Shown: piece after piece, positions 36,247-46,520 of the stretch
Position numbering within the stretch: the stretch's first letter is position 1
Layout of the letters: every line of letters starts with the position of its first letter
Origin: a virus
Lineage: Duplodnaviria; Caudoviricetes
Length of the DNA stretch: 64,000 bases
Reading direction: 5' to 3' (one strand)
Virus record (IMG/VR): IMGVR_UViG_2788500220_000014
Location: 37,405 to 101,404 of that record
Program-made: the position numbers and the translations under genes
The notes under the pieces: generated by a model
Databases searched by the model: none
The model's input: only the letters and a program-made list of their open reading frames with translations
Told to the model about the DNA's origin: nothing

Positions 36247-36358
36247 AAATTTAAATATGCCATTAAATAATTGTTACAATGTTTAGTTATTATTAACCAA
36301 TACGAAACACAATCATATACTATATTAATTAACCTCTTAGAGAAAGGGCTACCGAAAC

Positions 36359-36877
36359 ATGTTACTTAACATTGTAGCATTTTGCGTGTTTTATGCACTG
36401 TCAGCATTAGCATACTATTTTAACCATAGATACATTTATCATACCAAGCCCCGGGGCCCTAGGGCCATTCAGGCACTATGGAAAATATGGGCAAAATTCC
36501 ATATGGATCACCATAGACATTGGAAGCAAGATGATCCTGAAACTAAAACGTACGTAAAGGTACCAATCGTCGGAAAGTTGGCAGGATTAATAATCATCTG
36601 TAGTCTGTGCCTGTTAATCAATCCAGGCGCCGGGTTAGGGGTTGGTGGATTTTTTATCGTTTATGGAATTAGACATGGCACAATTCATGGATTTAAAGTT
36701 GCTAATATATTTAAACCCGTTAACAAAGATACCCATATTTATAAGCACCATATGTCACACCATATGCCTGGTGGGTTGAATGTTAACCACTCTGGTGTTC
36801 ATCCTTTTATAGATCGCTTGTTTGGGACGTACCATGATCCGGATGACATTCTACGCCGATCATCGTCGGATCACTAA
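36359..36877 (+). CDS. fatty acid hydroxylase / sterol desaturase family protein
   Basis: His boxes HRYIYH, HMDHH, HGTIH, HMSHH; DRLFGT. Confidence 0.85.
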   Translation: MLLNIVAFCVFYALSALAYYFNHRYIYHTKPRGPRAIQALWKIWAKFHMDHHRHWKQDDPETKTYVKVPIVGKLAGLIIICSLCLLINPGAGLGVGGFFIVYGIRHGTIHGFKVANIFKPVNKDTHIYKHHMSHHMPGGLNVNHSGVHPFIDRLFGTYHDPDDILRRSSSDH

Positions 36878-37412
36878 TTTCAATAATCGGCCAAAAAGAA
36901 ATATCAAAAACCCTAGCAGTTACAGTGTAATCATATGGTGTATTTGTGTATCTGCAGTAAGCATTCTGAATTGATATATACCCTTCCGATATTTCAAAAT
37001 AACCGCTAGTACCCTCCGCCAATATAACTTCCTCACAATAACTTGAATTGGTGATACAGTCATCCTCTGTATCATATATTTCAATCGAGTTATTATCAAA
37101 CCCGACCCACTCACTCTTATCTGATGTAAATTCAATTCGTAAGAAGGTCGGATCATATGCAAATAAATCAGGTAGCCGAAGGCCTATCTGAAAAAATGAT
37201 TGCTGACTGTCAGCCGTTGTTGTAATAGTCGGTTCAATTTCGATAAATTGACCGTTTGCACTTAAGTTACCTAAACTTAGATTGGGCTCAACTAGCTCAT
37301 GCATTACATCGGGAGGCCCGCCATCTTCTGAACATATTATATCAAATGTATGTGTATCCTGTGCTCCGCACCCAAAACAACATAATGTTATTAATGCTAC
37401 TAAAGTTCTCAT
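36807..37412 (-). CDS. putative lipoprotein
   Basis: Signal peptide with CFGC. Confidence 0.65.
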   Translation of the reverse strand: MRTLVALITLCCFGCGAQDTHTFDIICSEDGGPPDVMHELVEPNLSLGNLSANGQFIEIEPTITTTADSQQSFFQIGLRLPDLFAYDPTFLRIEFTSDKSEWVGFDNNSIEIYDTEDDCITNSSYCEEVILAEGTSGYFEISEGYISIQNAYCRYTNTPYDYTVTARVFDISFWPIIEISDPTMIGVECHPDHGTSQTSDL

Positions 37413-37660
37413 ATTATACCCTTTATTAATATCCCTGCGACGAATCCGACGAATAAACATGCACCTATGCCTAAACCGACCCAAAAATTTGATGGCCGAG
37501 TAGGGTTACGCAAATTAATATCTTCAGAACTTTGTCTTAATAGTAGTTCTAAAAAATCGCTAAATGCTATATCAAGCTCAACCCTAACTTCTTCACGTAC
37601 ACAATGCCTTAACCATTCTTCATTTTTTTGAATGTCATTATCAGGTACTTTATACGTCAT
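37409..37660 (-). CDS. C-terminally anchored membrane protein
   Basis: TM helix at C-terminus. Confidence 0.65.
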   Translation of the reverse strand: MTYKVPDNDIQKNEEWLRHCVREEVRVELDIAFSDFLELLLRQSSEDINLRNPTRPSNFWVGLGIGACLFVGFVAGILIKGII

Positions 37661-37734
37661 TAAAATCTTACCTTACAACGTTTAGAATTGCCTAAAAAAT
37701 TGTACAGTAAGATCTTAAGATTTACAACATCTTA

Positions 37735-38061
37735 TTACGGTGGATTAGCTCTTGATGCGTCTGATCGATCGAAAAATTCTAATAATTCGATTAGGGTAAA
37801 TCCTGCATCCTGGAAACATGATGGGACTAATTCGGTGAAGCTTTTTTGAGGCTTGATACGTACCATTAACCTTAAAAGTTTTTTTCCTCCAGAGGTTCGA
37901 TCTATTGTCCATATAGGATAATACTCTACATTCTTAATATCATCTGCGTTAAGGCCCTGGTCATTCAAACAGTCTCTTAAAACTAATGCAAGACACTGGT
38001 TAACTACCAATTTTAAAAGATCTTCGTCTAGACTAACAGGTTGATGCATGCTTACTCTCAA
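37735..38061 (-). CDS. hypothetical protein
   Basis: 108-aa ORF. Confidence 0.55.
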   Translation of the reverse strand: MRVSMHQPVSLDEDLLKLVVNQCLALVLRDCLNDQGLNADDIKNVEYYPIWTIDRTSGGKKLLRLMVRIKPQKSFTELVPSCFQDAGFTLIELLEFFDRSDASRANPP

Positions 38062-38174
38062 AAAGTACTTAATACTATTATAATTACGCTCTTTAAGAGT
38101 TTAGTTCCTACACCAAATACACAACTACTAGTACAATATTTACAGACAGCTTATGGGGGGACAGGACACTAAAT

Positions 38175-38387
38175 ATGACAGAAAAAAAATTAAGTAATCA
38201 TGATTATATTTTTACACTATTAACAGCAGTAGTCAAAAAAAATGGAGGAGAATTACGAATTTCTGAAGATGAACTTTGTAAAGTCTCAAAATTAGACCTA
38301 GTTAAATTATTATGGGACCCGGAAAAGTCAGAAGTCGTCTTACGTGTTGACGCCATGATAGCTCCGGATACAAAGTATAAAAACTAG
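38175..38387 (+). CDS. hypothetical protein
   Basis: 70-aa ORF with RBS. Confidence 0.65.
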   Translation: MTEKKLSNHDYIFTLLTAVVKKNGGELRISEDELCKVSKLDLVKLLWDPEKSEVVLRVDAMIAPDTKYKN

Positions 38388-38401
38388 GAGGTATGCTACC
38401 A

Positions 38402-38566
38402 ATGGCTAAGCGAACAAAATTTTCACAGCGAAAACATGAAAGACGGAAAAAGAAAACTAGGCAAGGAGCTGGAAAGTTTACTAAGTGGGGCCATAAGGGT
38501 GGTGGGCCATCCGGTAGTACTGCATCAAAAAAATATCGAAAAAAATATAGGGGCCAAGGACGCTAA
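38402..38566 (+). CDS. small basic phage protein ending KKYRGQGR, absent from ORF track
   Basis: MAKRTKFSQRKHERRKKKTRQGAGK...KKYRKKYRGQGR; AGGAGG RBS. Confidence 0.8.
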   Translation: MAKRTKFSQRKHERRKKKTRQGAGKFTKWGHKGGGPSGSTASKKYRKKYRGQGR

Positions 38567-40119
38567 ATCCGGCCGGAAGCGTTCCACCCGGGAGGATATT
38601 CTTCAGCATCCCATGCCGCAGACCACCATCCTAATATGACGTCGGCTTCTATCATGCTAACTCCGTCTACTGTATGATCCCACCCTTCACTCATTGTTCT
38701 TGAGTTAGGTAAATCTTTTAACACAGTAAGACCGACGTCTTCAATCAGGTATTGTTTCGCAACCTGGTGTTCCGTAGCAGTAAGCCTACCCTTTGCGCCG
38801 CGCGCGATGTCGGCATATTGATCATAGATTGTGTCGATATTTCCACAATCATACAACGTCTGAAATATGCTTGCTAATCGATTGACAATATTTCTTTTTA
38901 TCCATGAAGGCTTATCTTCCCACGGGCCAGTAAAGTGCGCATTCTTCCACTTATAGTTTCCTTTATGAGAATAAACTGTCTGAGTTAAATAAGGTGAAAT
39001 AATAAAGTGAGGTGTAATGCCGCTAGGTCCCGTTATAAACTGTTGAGGTTCCGTTAGCCCATATGGTACTGTTAGATAGAGGCCACCATCATAGAGTTCT
39101 GTTTCGTATTGTTTTTGCGTAGGCCTATCCCAGTACTTAGCTGATGCCTCTGGGTTCCAATGAACAGCAAAATTCTCTGGCTTTAGTGTCACCTTCTCTG
39201 GCTTCATAAGCCCCGGGATGCTACAACTTGCAGCAACACCTTTTAGCACAGTAAATTCAGGATCATGATAAGATATTGCTGCAATCGGGGGATGTACACC
39301 TTCGTGAATGTCCCCATTAGGTGTTATATGAGGACCGAGCTGATCTACTAGCACCCCTTCTCTTGTATTCCAAATATTTAACGGCATTTTATTCCATACA
39401 TCAGTTGTAAGCAATGAAACTGGACATAGAAATGATTCCGATGAATTCATATCAAGATACTTTGGAAAAACACTAGCCGTTTTTTCGAAACACACAGAAT
39501 TATTATTTACACCCGTACAGAATATCGTTTTGAGGACCATCATTATTGTTCCAGGATCAGACCAGGGTGGTGAAAACGGGCTCGTTTTCTTACTTGAAGG
39601 TGCCAACAAGAGACATACCCATGCAACTATGTCCCTTATCCTACCCTTATCAGACCATGGTACCTGACATAATTCCCAATATCGCGGAAGCCAGACATCA
39701 AAAAGCCATGCTCGTTGACGGCGTTGTTTCGACCGAACCCAAGGCCAGCGGCTTAAAGGAGATGACAGTTCTAAACTTAATGCAGATAAGAACTCTTTTC
39801 CTGGTCGGCCTATAAATAGGCCACATGCGTATGCAATTGCATTAATACTACCTGCAGAACAACCGGCTATACTTATCACCCGGGGAGGGTACTCATCACC
39901 CTCTGCTGGGCATGACATTATTCTTGCTATACTGCCCGCAATCTCTGGCCAGCGAGACCCGCCGCCAGAAGCACAAACCATCACTGGACGGCGTTTTAAT
40001 ACTACGACGCACTTCTCACATTTACAGACCGGATCGTACTCGCACATATATGACGCGCCACCAGGCAGGAACTCCATTACTTCGCTGGGTATCTCTACCT
40101 TACCTTTTATATTATCCAT
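38563..40119 (-). CDS. patatin-like phospholipase
   Basis: SGGGSR, GCSAG, ASCSIPG, YDGG. Confidence 0.85.
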   Translation of the reverse strand: MDNIKGKVEIPSEVMEFLPGGASYMCEYDPVCKCEKCVVVLKRRPVMVCASGGGSRWPEIAGSIARIMSCPAEGDEYPPRVISIAGCSAGSINAIAYACGLFIGRPGKEFLSALSLELSSPLSRWPWVRSKQRRQRAWLFDVWLPRYWELCQVPWSDKGRIRDIVAWVCLLLAPSSKKTSPFSPPWSDPGTIMMVLKTIFCTGVNNNSVCFEKTASVFPKYLDMNSSESFLCPVSLLTTDVWNKMPLNIWNTREGVLVDQLGPHITPNGDIHEGVHPPIAAISYHDPEFTVLKGVAASCSIPGLMKPEKVTLKPENFAVHWNPEASAKYWDRPTQKQYETELYDGGLYLTVPYGLTEPQQFITGPSGITPHFIISPYLTQTVYSHKGNYKWKNAHFTGPWEDKPSWIKRNIVNRLASIFQTLYDCGNIDTIYDQYADIARGAKGRLTATEHQVAKQYLIEDVGLTVLKDLPNSRTMSEGWDHTVDGVSMIEADVILGWWSAAWDAEEYPPGWNASGRI

Positions 40120-40187
40120 ATCATTTCTCCAATATTTTAAATATGGTTACCGACGAAATTGATGCATAATATAAATGAAGTTATTGT

Positions 40188-40709
40188 CTATCTATCGTTA
40201 GTACCTCTAGTATGTGCACGTTCAATCGTAGTCATTTCGGCCCGAAGGCTATCTGCTAATCTTAAAATCCTTCTAGCATATCTTACCCCGGAAGGAATAG
40301 GATTACGGCCTTTGCACCTAAACCCAGCATAATAACCACATAGGCCTATGCGTTCCGAACCCCTACCATATACCTGCCACCAATATCTAAATGTCTTTGC
40401 ACCGGCATTGATATTGACGGTAGGATCATATAGTTGTTCACATGTCAGTCTCGGAACGCCAGTTTGCCTAGAGCCTGTATATTTCGGCATAATTTGCATC
40501 AATCCGCATGCAGGAGCATTACTTCTTGCGCGGGGATTAAAACGACTTTCATAATGAATAATGGCAACTATAAGTTCTGGCCGGATACCATTCTCTTGAG
40601 CTGCGGATACAATCGTATCAGTTTGTTGGCATGCATATTGACCTCGTTGTGGAGTATCGCCAACATTTAATGATAATAAGGCTAAGCATAATAATTCTGC
40701 AAGTGTCAC
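40188..40709 (-). CDS. lytic transglycosylase (SLT domain)
   Basis: IHYESRFNP.A.S..GLMQIMP..L.DP..NI. Confidence 0.9.
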   Translation of the reverse strand: MTLAELLCLALLSLNVGDTPQRGQYACQQTDTIVSAAQENGIRPELIVAIIHYESRFNPRARSNAPACGLMQIMPKYTGSRQTGVPRLTCEQLYDPTVNINAGAKTFRYWWQVYGRGSERIGLCGYYAGFRCKGRNPIPSGVRYARRILRLADSLRAEMTTIERAHTRGTNDR

Positions 40710-40769
40710 TAAAACTCACTCTCCCTTCTTAGTCACGTGGAGCTCAGTTGATACCTTAAATATATTAAC

Positions 40770-41069
40770 CTAACTTTTATCGAAATTATTTTTTGAAGAA
40801 GCAGACTTTTTCTTTTGGGGCTTCTTCTTTTTACCTTTTTTCTCTTTTTGTTTTTCAATAACGTCCGGATGAATTCGCGTCTTGATGACAAATCCGGCAG
40901 GATCATTCATGCGCTTAATCTTAAATTGAGAATCCTTTGAGTCAGGAGAAGATGCTAGCTCTTCTTTTGCCTTACTAGCAGCAGAATATTCCTGATATCG
41001 GCCTATAATTTTCCAGGGTGTACCCTGCTTTTGACCATCTTGCTTTTTCGAATCATGGGTATTTTTCAT
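40770..41069 (-). CDS. basic hypothetical protein
   Basis: 99 aa, ATGA overlap with dNK. Confidence 0.65.
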   Translation of the reverse strand: MKNTHDSKKQDGQKQGTPWKIIGRYQEYSAASKAKEELASSPDSKDSQFKIKRMNDPAGFVIKTRIHPDVIEKQKEKKGKKKKPQKKKSASSKNNFDKS

Positions 41070-41770
41070 ACTGTTCTCCTGTGTAGATCTAAAAACATAT
41101 CAGCAGGCTGATACGTCGTAATATTATTCGCAACTTCGCCTACAATGCCTGCCCGGGCGAGTGGTGTACTTCGATCTTCATCCCAAGGTATGCTAATAAT
41201 TTGTACACCCTGTTGGCGTAATGTATCAACCATATGATTTTCTTCTCTTTGAAGTGAATATAGATAGCTTAAATCAATAGCTGACTCACATTTACGGCCA
41301 AGGCGCTCTTCCATTCTACGCTGAATCCTATCAGAAGAGACTTCCGGAGACACTAGTAGGTGTACACAAACATTCGGCAATAAGACGCTGGCGGTCATCG
41401 CATGATAAATGCTTTGGTATGTTTGGAACTCACGCATAGTCATTGCGCCGGTTTTAACTTGTAAGCGGGCAAAAGCAGTATCACCGAAATATGATCGATC
41501 AAGTACTGCATTATGTTTAAGAGTCATAGCATGCCATTGAGCGTGTAAATGCATTTTAAATCTTTCTTGAAGTAAATGCGTTTGCATAGTAAATGCCCAG
41601 CGCTCTTGATTATCATAAAAATCAGATAAGTAGGGGTTCCCATTATCCTTCTCGTCAGGTTCCCTAAGATACAAGGTATTATCACCCAGTGCCTCGGCTA
41701 GCTCTTTAGAAAATGAACTTTTACCTGCACCGATAATTCCTTCAACTACTACTACTTTCCCTCGCTTCAT
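41066..41770 (-). CDS. deoxynucleoside kinase
   Basis: VEGIIGAGKSS, REP, DRS..D..F, R..E. Confidence 0.92.
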   Translation of the reverse strand: MKRGKVVVVEGIIGAGKSSFSKELAEALGDNTLYLREPDEKDNGNPYLSDFYDNQERWAFTMQTHLLQERFKMHLHAQWHAMTLKHNAVLDRSYFGDTAFARLQVKTGAMTMREFQTYQSIYHAMTASVLLPNVCVHLLVSPEVSSDRIQRRMEERLGRKCESAIDLSYLYSLQREENHMVDTLRQQGVQIISIPWDEDRSTPLARAGIVGEVANNITTYQPADMFLDLHRRTV

Positions 41771-41848
41771 TTTATTACTACCTCTTTATTGATTATATGA
41801 ATTATATGTAACCCATATGAAATGTTCATGACCCATATATGATCCATA

Positions 41849-42772
41849 TTAAGGGGGAAATGGCGATCCAGGATATAACAGGCAATTGTCCCCAATCCGC
41901 TTATGAGTCCAGGTTCTATTATCTAAAACCATATATCTTAGTGTTTCGGGTATTTGGCCTCGCCTATCACGATAAAACCTACGCATTGACTCATGTGTAG
42001 TTGTGCCGCGGCGGACCAGGACTGCTACGCGTGTTGATGGGTATCTACTATGATAATTGTCATGAAAAGATCTGTACCAGCTTCCATATGTAGAATCTGA
42101 AAATATAATGTTGCCCGGGCGGAGCTGTTCTAATGCATCTGAACGGGACATTGATAAAATGCCAGAACCCCCCGCAGAATGGCCAAAAAGATAAACATTT
42201 TCCCCAGAAATATCAAATATTGTCACACCTAAAAACTGTAACATGGAAATCATTGAATTTTCCCACCTTTGAAATTCTCCAGGTTGTCTAAAGGGCCCTG
42301 TACCGTTTCTAGAAGTCCTTGTTGACGTCCAGTGAGACCATGGTTGTTCAACGAGGATAAAAACAGGATTTAAGCCACGCCTGTATAGTTCCGGAACATG
42401 TCTTAAAATTCGATTCTCAAACTTATTAAATCCATTGTGGCCGTGGAGCCATATAAAAATATCTGCTTGTTTAGTCCGGTCAAATTGTGCTGGTACAAAA
42501 ATGATAGTGTCACGATTACCATTCATATGTCTTGAATCTGTTGTATATGGCCCTATCCATGTCCTTCCATATACGGCCGTAGAGTTTTGATGGCGTGTCC
42601 AAAGATCTACCGTCGATTGATTTGCTCCAGGAGCAATAGTAATAACGTTTTTTGATATACACTCTTCGTCAGTATTACCACACACAGACTGAGCATAAGT
42701 AATGTTTGGCGCTATTAAAGCCAGGATAAAAATTGTGACACACCTTGACAGGTGTATGGTACATGTATACAC
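41849..42772 (-). CDS. secreted alpha/beta hydrolase-fold protein
   Basis: WLHG, GHSAGG nucleophile elbow, DS.Y, H. Confidence 0.75.
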   Translation of the reverse strand: MYTCTIHLSRCVTIFILALIAPNITYAQSVCGNTDEECISKNVITIAPGANQSTVDLWTRHQNSTAVYGRTWIGPYTTDSRHMNGNRDTIIFVPAQFDRTKQADIFIWLHGHNGFNKFENRILRHVPELYRRGLNPVFILVEQPWSHWTSTRTSRNGTGPFRQPGEFQRWENSMISMLQFLGVTIFDISGENVYLFGHSAGGSGILSMSRSDALEQLRPGNIIFSDSTYGSWYRSFHDNYHSRYPSTRVAVLVRRGTTTHESMRRFYRDRRGQIPETLRYMVLDNRTWTHKRIGDNCLLYPGSPFPP

Positions 42773-42810
42773 TTTTAATCTCCAATATTGTTGTTAGGTT
42801 AATTCTCTAA

Positions 42811-42999
42811 TCAGTCTTCTTCGAATTTATTATTAATATCAAATTTCCGGCCGGACATGGCGGCTAGGCGCTTTTGTCTTTCATACTCTTCTTTTGCTAA
42901 TTTAAACTCAATCTGCTTAGCAACAGCATTCATGCTGTTTATGTATATGAGGATAGCAATAACAAACCCAATTAAAAAAAATAAAACCTGATTATCCAC
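42811..42999 (-). CDS. small membrane protein
   Basis: N-terminal TM helix. Confidence 0.55.
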   Translation of the reverse strand: MDNQVLFFLIGFVIAILIYINSMNAVAKQIEFKLAKEEYERQKRLAAMSGRKFDINNKFEED

Positions 43000-43003
43000 T
43001 TAA

Positions 43004-43366
43004 CTAGTCACCCCTTATAAGCCTATGAGAATCGCTATCAAAGTGTTGAGTTGAAAATTCGAATACCTCTGAATCTTCAAAGGCAATAATTTGATGTCTA
43101 AGGCCTGTATATACATGGAAGCTGTCACCTGGTTTAAGAATTACCTGATCCGCCTTAGATATATCATCCCCCTCAGAGTAATAAACGATTACAGAACCTG
43201 ATTGTAGATAAAATACTTCATCCTTTATTTTGTGATAATGCCAGGAACAACGTTTCCCCTTTTCTAAAAATAAAAGTTTACCACAATATTCTGGCTTATT
43301 AACGATCCATTTTTCATGACCCCACCCCTTACTAACATATGTAATATCATTTAGTTTACTAGTCAT
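43004..43366 (-). CDS. cupin (sugar isomerase-like)
   Basis: KGWGHE, CSWHYHKIKDEVFY, EFST. Confidence 0.88.
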   Translation of the reverse strand: MTSKLNDITYVSKGWGHEKWIVNKPEYCGKLLFLEKGKRCSWHYHKIKDEVFYLQSGSVIVYYSEGDDISKADQVILKPGDSFHVYTGLRHQIIAFEDSEVFEFSTQHFDSDSHRLIRGD

Positions 43367-43426
43367 TAATGCACCCTATATATTTAAATTGTAATAAGGT
43401 ATTTAGCCTGGGTAAATTTAGAAGTT

Positions 43427-43708
43427 ATGATATTCGGAAAAATTAGGGAAATTCTTACACATTATGAAACCAGGCGGTTTATTGTAGTCGCTACAAAGCT
43501 TAGCTTATTTGTTGCATGTATCGGTTATTTTCTCCCATATATCTGGCATCAAATGTTGCCTCCGCAAATTAAGCTAGGGGGATCTTATCTAGAGTTTGTT
43601 TGTGCAACAATTCTTAGTTATTTTTTAATTGCATCCTGGATAAAAAGAAAGTCTGTTTATATGCAAATAGACGATGATTGGTATGTAGAGGAAGACTATA
43701 AAAAGTGA
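43427..43708 (+). CDS. membrane protein
   Basis: Two TM helices. Confidence 0.55.
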   Translation: MIFGKIREILTHYETRRFIVVATKLSLFVACIGYFLPYIWHQMLPPQIKLGGSYLEFVCATILSYFLIASWIKRKSVYMQIDDDWYVEEDYKK

Positions 43709-43968
43709 ACTGGTTCTTATACATAGCTAAGGAAGGATTTTTTATGCCCGGTGAAAATACACAAAGGTTTATTAAGCCAGGATTTGGTGTTGGCAAGTGT
43801 GAATTAAGACCGGGAATTCTTGATGCGCCACATGGAACAATGCTTGTAGTTCCAGGAGACTATATATTCTCGAAGATTAAATGGAGAGGCAGAAATAGCG
43901 ACGTCACAACCTGGCCGAACTGTGTTGCTGACTCTGTTCGAAAGTTAATACTGGCATACTACTATTAG
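43705..43968 (+). CDS. hypothetical protein
   Basis: GTGA overlap with upstream gene. Confidence 0.5.
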   Translation: MNWFLYIAKEGFFMPGENTQRFIKPGFGVGKCELRPGILDAPHGTMLVVPGDYIFSKIKWRGRNSDVTTWPNCVADSVRKLILAYYY

Positions 43969-44492
43969 TCTTTCTTTTTCTTTGCTAACATATTAAACTT
44001 GTCCGGGTAGATTATTTCAGCCTCAACAATCTTGGTTGGTGGTTTCTCCTTCGACTCTATAACTGTAACACCAGGCAACCGTTGCTTCGGGCTCCATGCC
44101 GGTGGTGGTTTATAGGTCTCAAACCCAAGTTCCTCTCTCTTCTTTCTCATTATTTCTAATAATTTATCTGTCTCAACTTTTTTGTCAATATGCTTAAGAA
44201 TAGTTGTTATAGCATCTTTATCATATGCTAATAACTTTCCCCCATTTCGAATATCTGGCCTGGTACAAAATCCAACATCACCAGGCTCTGTGTAATATAC
44301 AATACTCATCCCCTTTCCTGGCCCAGCTGGAAATGAAATGCCGGAAGGGAGTGTCTTTATAATTGTAACAGGCCCAACACCGGTCAAATACCATCTCTGG
44401 CCAGGCAAAATAGGGGTAGAGTCAGCTAGCAATATTATGGACATGATCCACATAAATAAGAAAAATAACACTATCGAGCTAAATATCAACAT
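43965..44492 (-). CDS. membrane-anchored hypothetical protein
   Basis: N-terminal TM helix. Confidence 0.7.
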   Translation of the reverse strand: MLIFSSIVLFFLFMWIMSIILLADSTPILPGQRWYLTGVGPVTIIKTLPSGISFPAGPGKGMSIVYYTEPGDVGFCTRPDIRNGGKLLAYDKDAITTILKHIDKKVETDKLLEIMRKKREELGFETYKPPPAWSPKQRLPGVTVIESKEKPPTKIVEAEIIYPDKFNMLAKKKKD

Positions 44493-44608
44493 TACTTTAA
44501 ACTATTTATAAATTGAGCAAACTACACTTATTGTAAATTACTATAATTTAAAGGTAAATATTTACAATTATTAGTAAAAGGAAGACACTTAAATTAGATA
44601 GACTGTTT

Positions 44609-44965
44609 ATGAAGAATACTTTCAAAGATTTAACGATACGGTTCATTGATGATCGATCATTAAAACTAGCTATTTGTATTATCTTTCTATTTAATATATT
44701 CGATGCATTCCTAACATTAGCGTGGGTTGAAACTGGATTAGCTCATGAAACTAATCCCATCATGGCCTATGTTCTAGAAATTGGCCCGAATGTTTTTCTG
44801 ACAATAAAAATATCAATAGTTACATTAGGGCTTATAATCCTCTGGTTTACAAAACAATATGCTTGGGTCAGACCAATTACCCTTGGGCTGCTTGCATTAT
44901 ATTCATATATTGTAGGAATTCATTTACACTTTATACAGTATCTCAAATTATTGCATATAGTTTAG
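44609..44965 (+). CDS. DUF5658-like membrane protein
   Basis: NIFDAFLT..G.A.E.NPIM..F..K. Confidence 0.75.
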   Translation: MKNTFKDLTIRFIDDRSLKLAICIIFLFNIFDAFLTLAWVETGLAHETNPIMAYVLEIGPNVFLTIKISIVTLGLIILWFTKQYAWVRPITLGLLALYSYIVGIHLHFIQYLKLLHIV

Positions 44966-45201
44966 GGATTCCCTTTCTTCTCTAAAAGTATTAATGCATC
45001 CCGAGGGTACCAGAATGATTTTTTATCTAGGAATGTATTGTTATCCGTTGACCAGAAAACGTTGACGTATGGAATTCCGTCATCATCTTCATACGATTCC
45101 AGGACCACACCGACACCTTCATGACATAATGGTAGGCCCCACTTTGATTGGGCAGCGGCTGATGTTTTTACAAGGTCGCCGTCTTCAATACAGTTGTCCA
45201 T
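44962..45201 (-). CDS. small SH3/KOW-like protein
   Basis: IEDGDLVKT..GVVL..VNVFW. Confidence 0.65.
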   Translation of the reverse strand: MDNCIEDGDLVKTSAAAQSKWGLPLCHEGVGVVLESYEDDDGIPYVNVFWSTDNNTFLDKKSFWYPRDALILLEKKGNP

Positions 45202-45214
45202 AATATCTCTCTTT

Positions 45215-46276
45215 CTAATTTGAGCCTTGCTCAAACTTTCTTAATAGTTCTCTTTGCTCTGATGTTATCTTTTTTGGAATTTGAATTTCAATGTGTACAT
45301 AATGATCTCCGTACATAGAGCCCCTAAGGTTCTTAATCCCCTTGCCATGAATTCGCAAAGTTGTATTAGGTTGAGTTCCGAACGGTACCTTTATTTTTTC
45401 ATTTCCCTGAACTGTTTCAACATCCAAAACTCCACCCAAGCATGCAGTAACAAAAGATATTCTAGATGTTGTATGAATATCGGTACCCCTTCTTTCAAAT
45501 TTCCTAGATGGGTTAATTTGAATAGACGCCATTAAATCGCCAGGGGGGCCGCCCAATGAACCAGCATTTCCTTTTCCTGCAACTCGTAAACGATTTCCTA
45601 CGTTGATGCCAGGGGGAATGTTGATAGCAATGCTATCAGTAACATCGATGCTACCAACGCCGCGGCACATACTACAGGGGGTTGTCGGTATAGAGCCCGA
45701 CCCCCTGCATTTTGGACATGCAGACTGTACTACCATAGGGCCTTGTTGAAAACTAGAATATCCTGTACCACGACACATATCACATACGGTACGTGATGTA
45801 TTAGGCTCCTGACCTAAACCAGTGCATCCAGTACATGTGTCTTTTCTGGTAAGATTTATTGACTTTTGGCAACCCTTAACTGCCTCTAAAAAATCGATTG
45901 TTAAACTAATATTGATATCCGGGCCACGTTGGGGCCCCTGGGGACGTGTCTGGTGGTGGCCGCGGCGACCAAAAAATTCACCAAATATATCCTCAAATCC
46001 CCGGAATGGATCTGAGTGTTGTGATGATCTTCTATATTGATTATCAAATGGATTAGGCCCGGAATGACCAAAAGCATCATAGTCTTTGCGCTTCTGCTCG
46101 TCAGATAATGTTTGATATGCCTCGGAAACTTCCTTAAATTTGTCTTCGGCCGTTTTATCACCAGGATTCTTATCAGGATGATACTCTAAAGCTGCCTTCC
46201 GATAGGCTTTTTTAATCTCTTTGCTATTAGCAGTACGAGCTATACCAAGCACCTCATAATAATCGCGCTTGGCCAC
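45215..46276 (-). CDS. dnaJ: molecular chaperone DnaJ (full class A architecture)
   Basis: [12 protein letters not shown], four CxxCxGxG repeats, C-terminal domain. Confidence 0.96.
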   Translation of the reverse strand: MAKRDYYEVLGIARTANSKEIKKAYRKAALEYHPDKNPGDKTAEDKFKEVSEAYQTLSDEQKRKDYDAFGHSGPNPFDNQYRRSSQHSDPFRGFEDIFGEFFGRRGHHQTRPQGPQRGPDINISLTIDFLEAVKGCQKSINLTRKDTCTGCTGLGQEPNTSRTVCDMCRGTGYSSFQQGPMVVQSACPKCRGSGSIPTTPCSMCRGVGSIDVTDSIAINIPPGINVGNRLRVAGKGNAGSLGGPPGDLMASIQINPSRKFERRGTDIHTTSRISFVTACLGGVLDVETVQGNEKIKVPFGTQPNTTLRIHGKGIKNLRGSMYGDHYVHIEIQIPKKITSEQRELLRKFEQGSN

Positions 46277-46315
46277 GGGTTCGCTCCAGTTTATCCCTAC
46301 AACTATAAAACATAA

Positions 46316-46504
46316 TTATTCTTTCGCCCATTCTTTTATGTGGGCGGGCTTCTCTATAGATTCCAGTCTGAAATTTGAATATTCTGGATGCACACCAGAA
46401 ATAATATCTATAATCTTAGATTTTTTATACGGCGGGGCCTGTAATATAAAACTTACATCAACATCTTTATCAGCATTAAAAACTGTCATGTTCCAAAATT
46501 TCAT
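46316..46504 (-). CDS. hypothetical protein
   Basis: 62-aa ORF in operon. Confidence 0.5.
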   Translation of the reverse strand: MKFWNMTVFNADKDVDVSFILQAPPYKKSKIIDIISGVHPEYSNFRLESIEKPAHIKEWAKE

Positions 46505-46520
46505 ATCATTTTGCCATAAA

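Noticed and set aside
38436-38639. 67-aa ORF in track
   Set aside because: Out of frame with the RBS-supported 38402-38566 peptide and overlaps patatin
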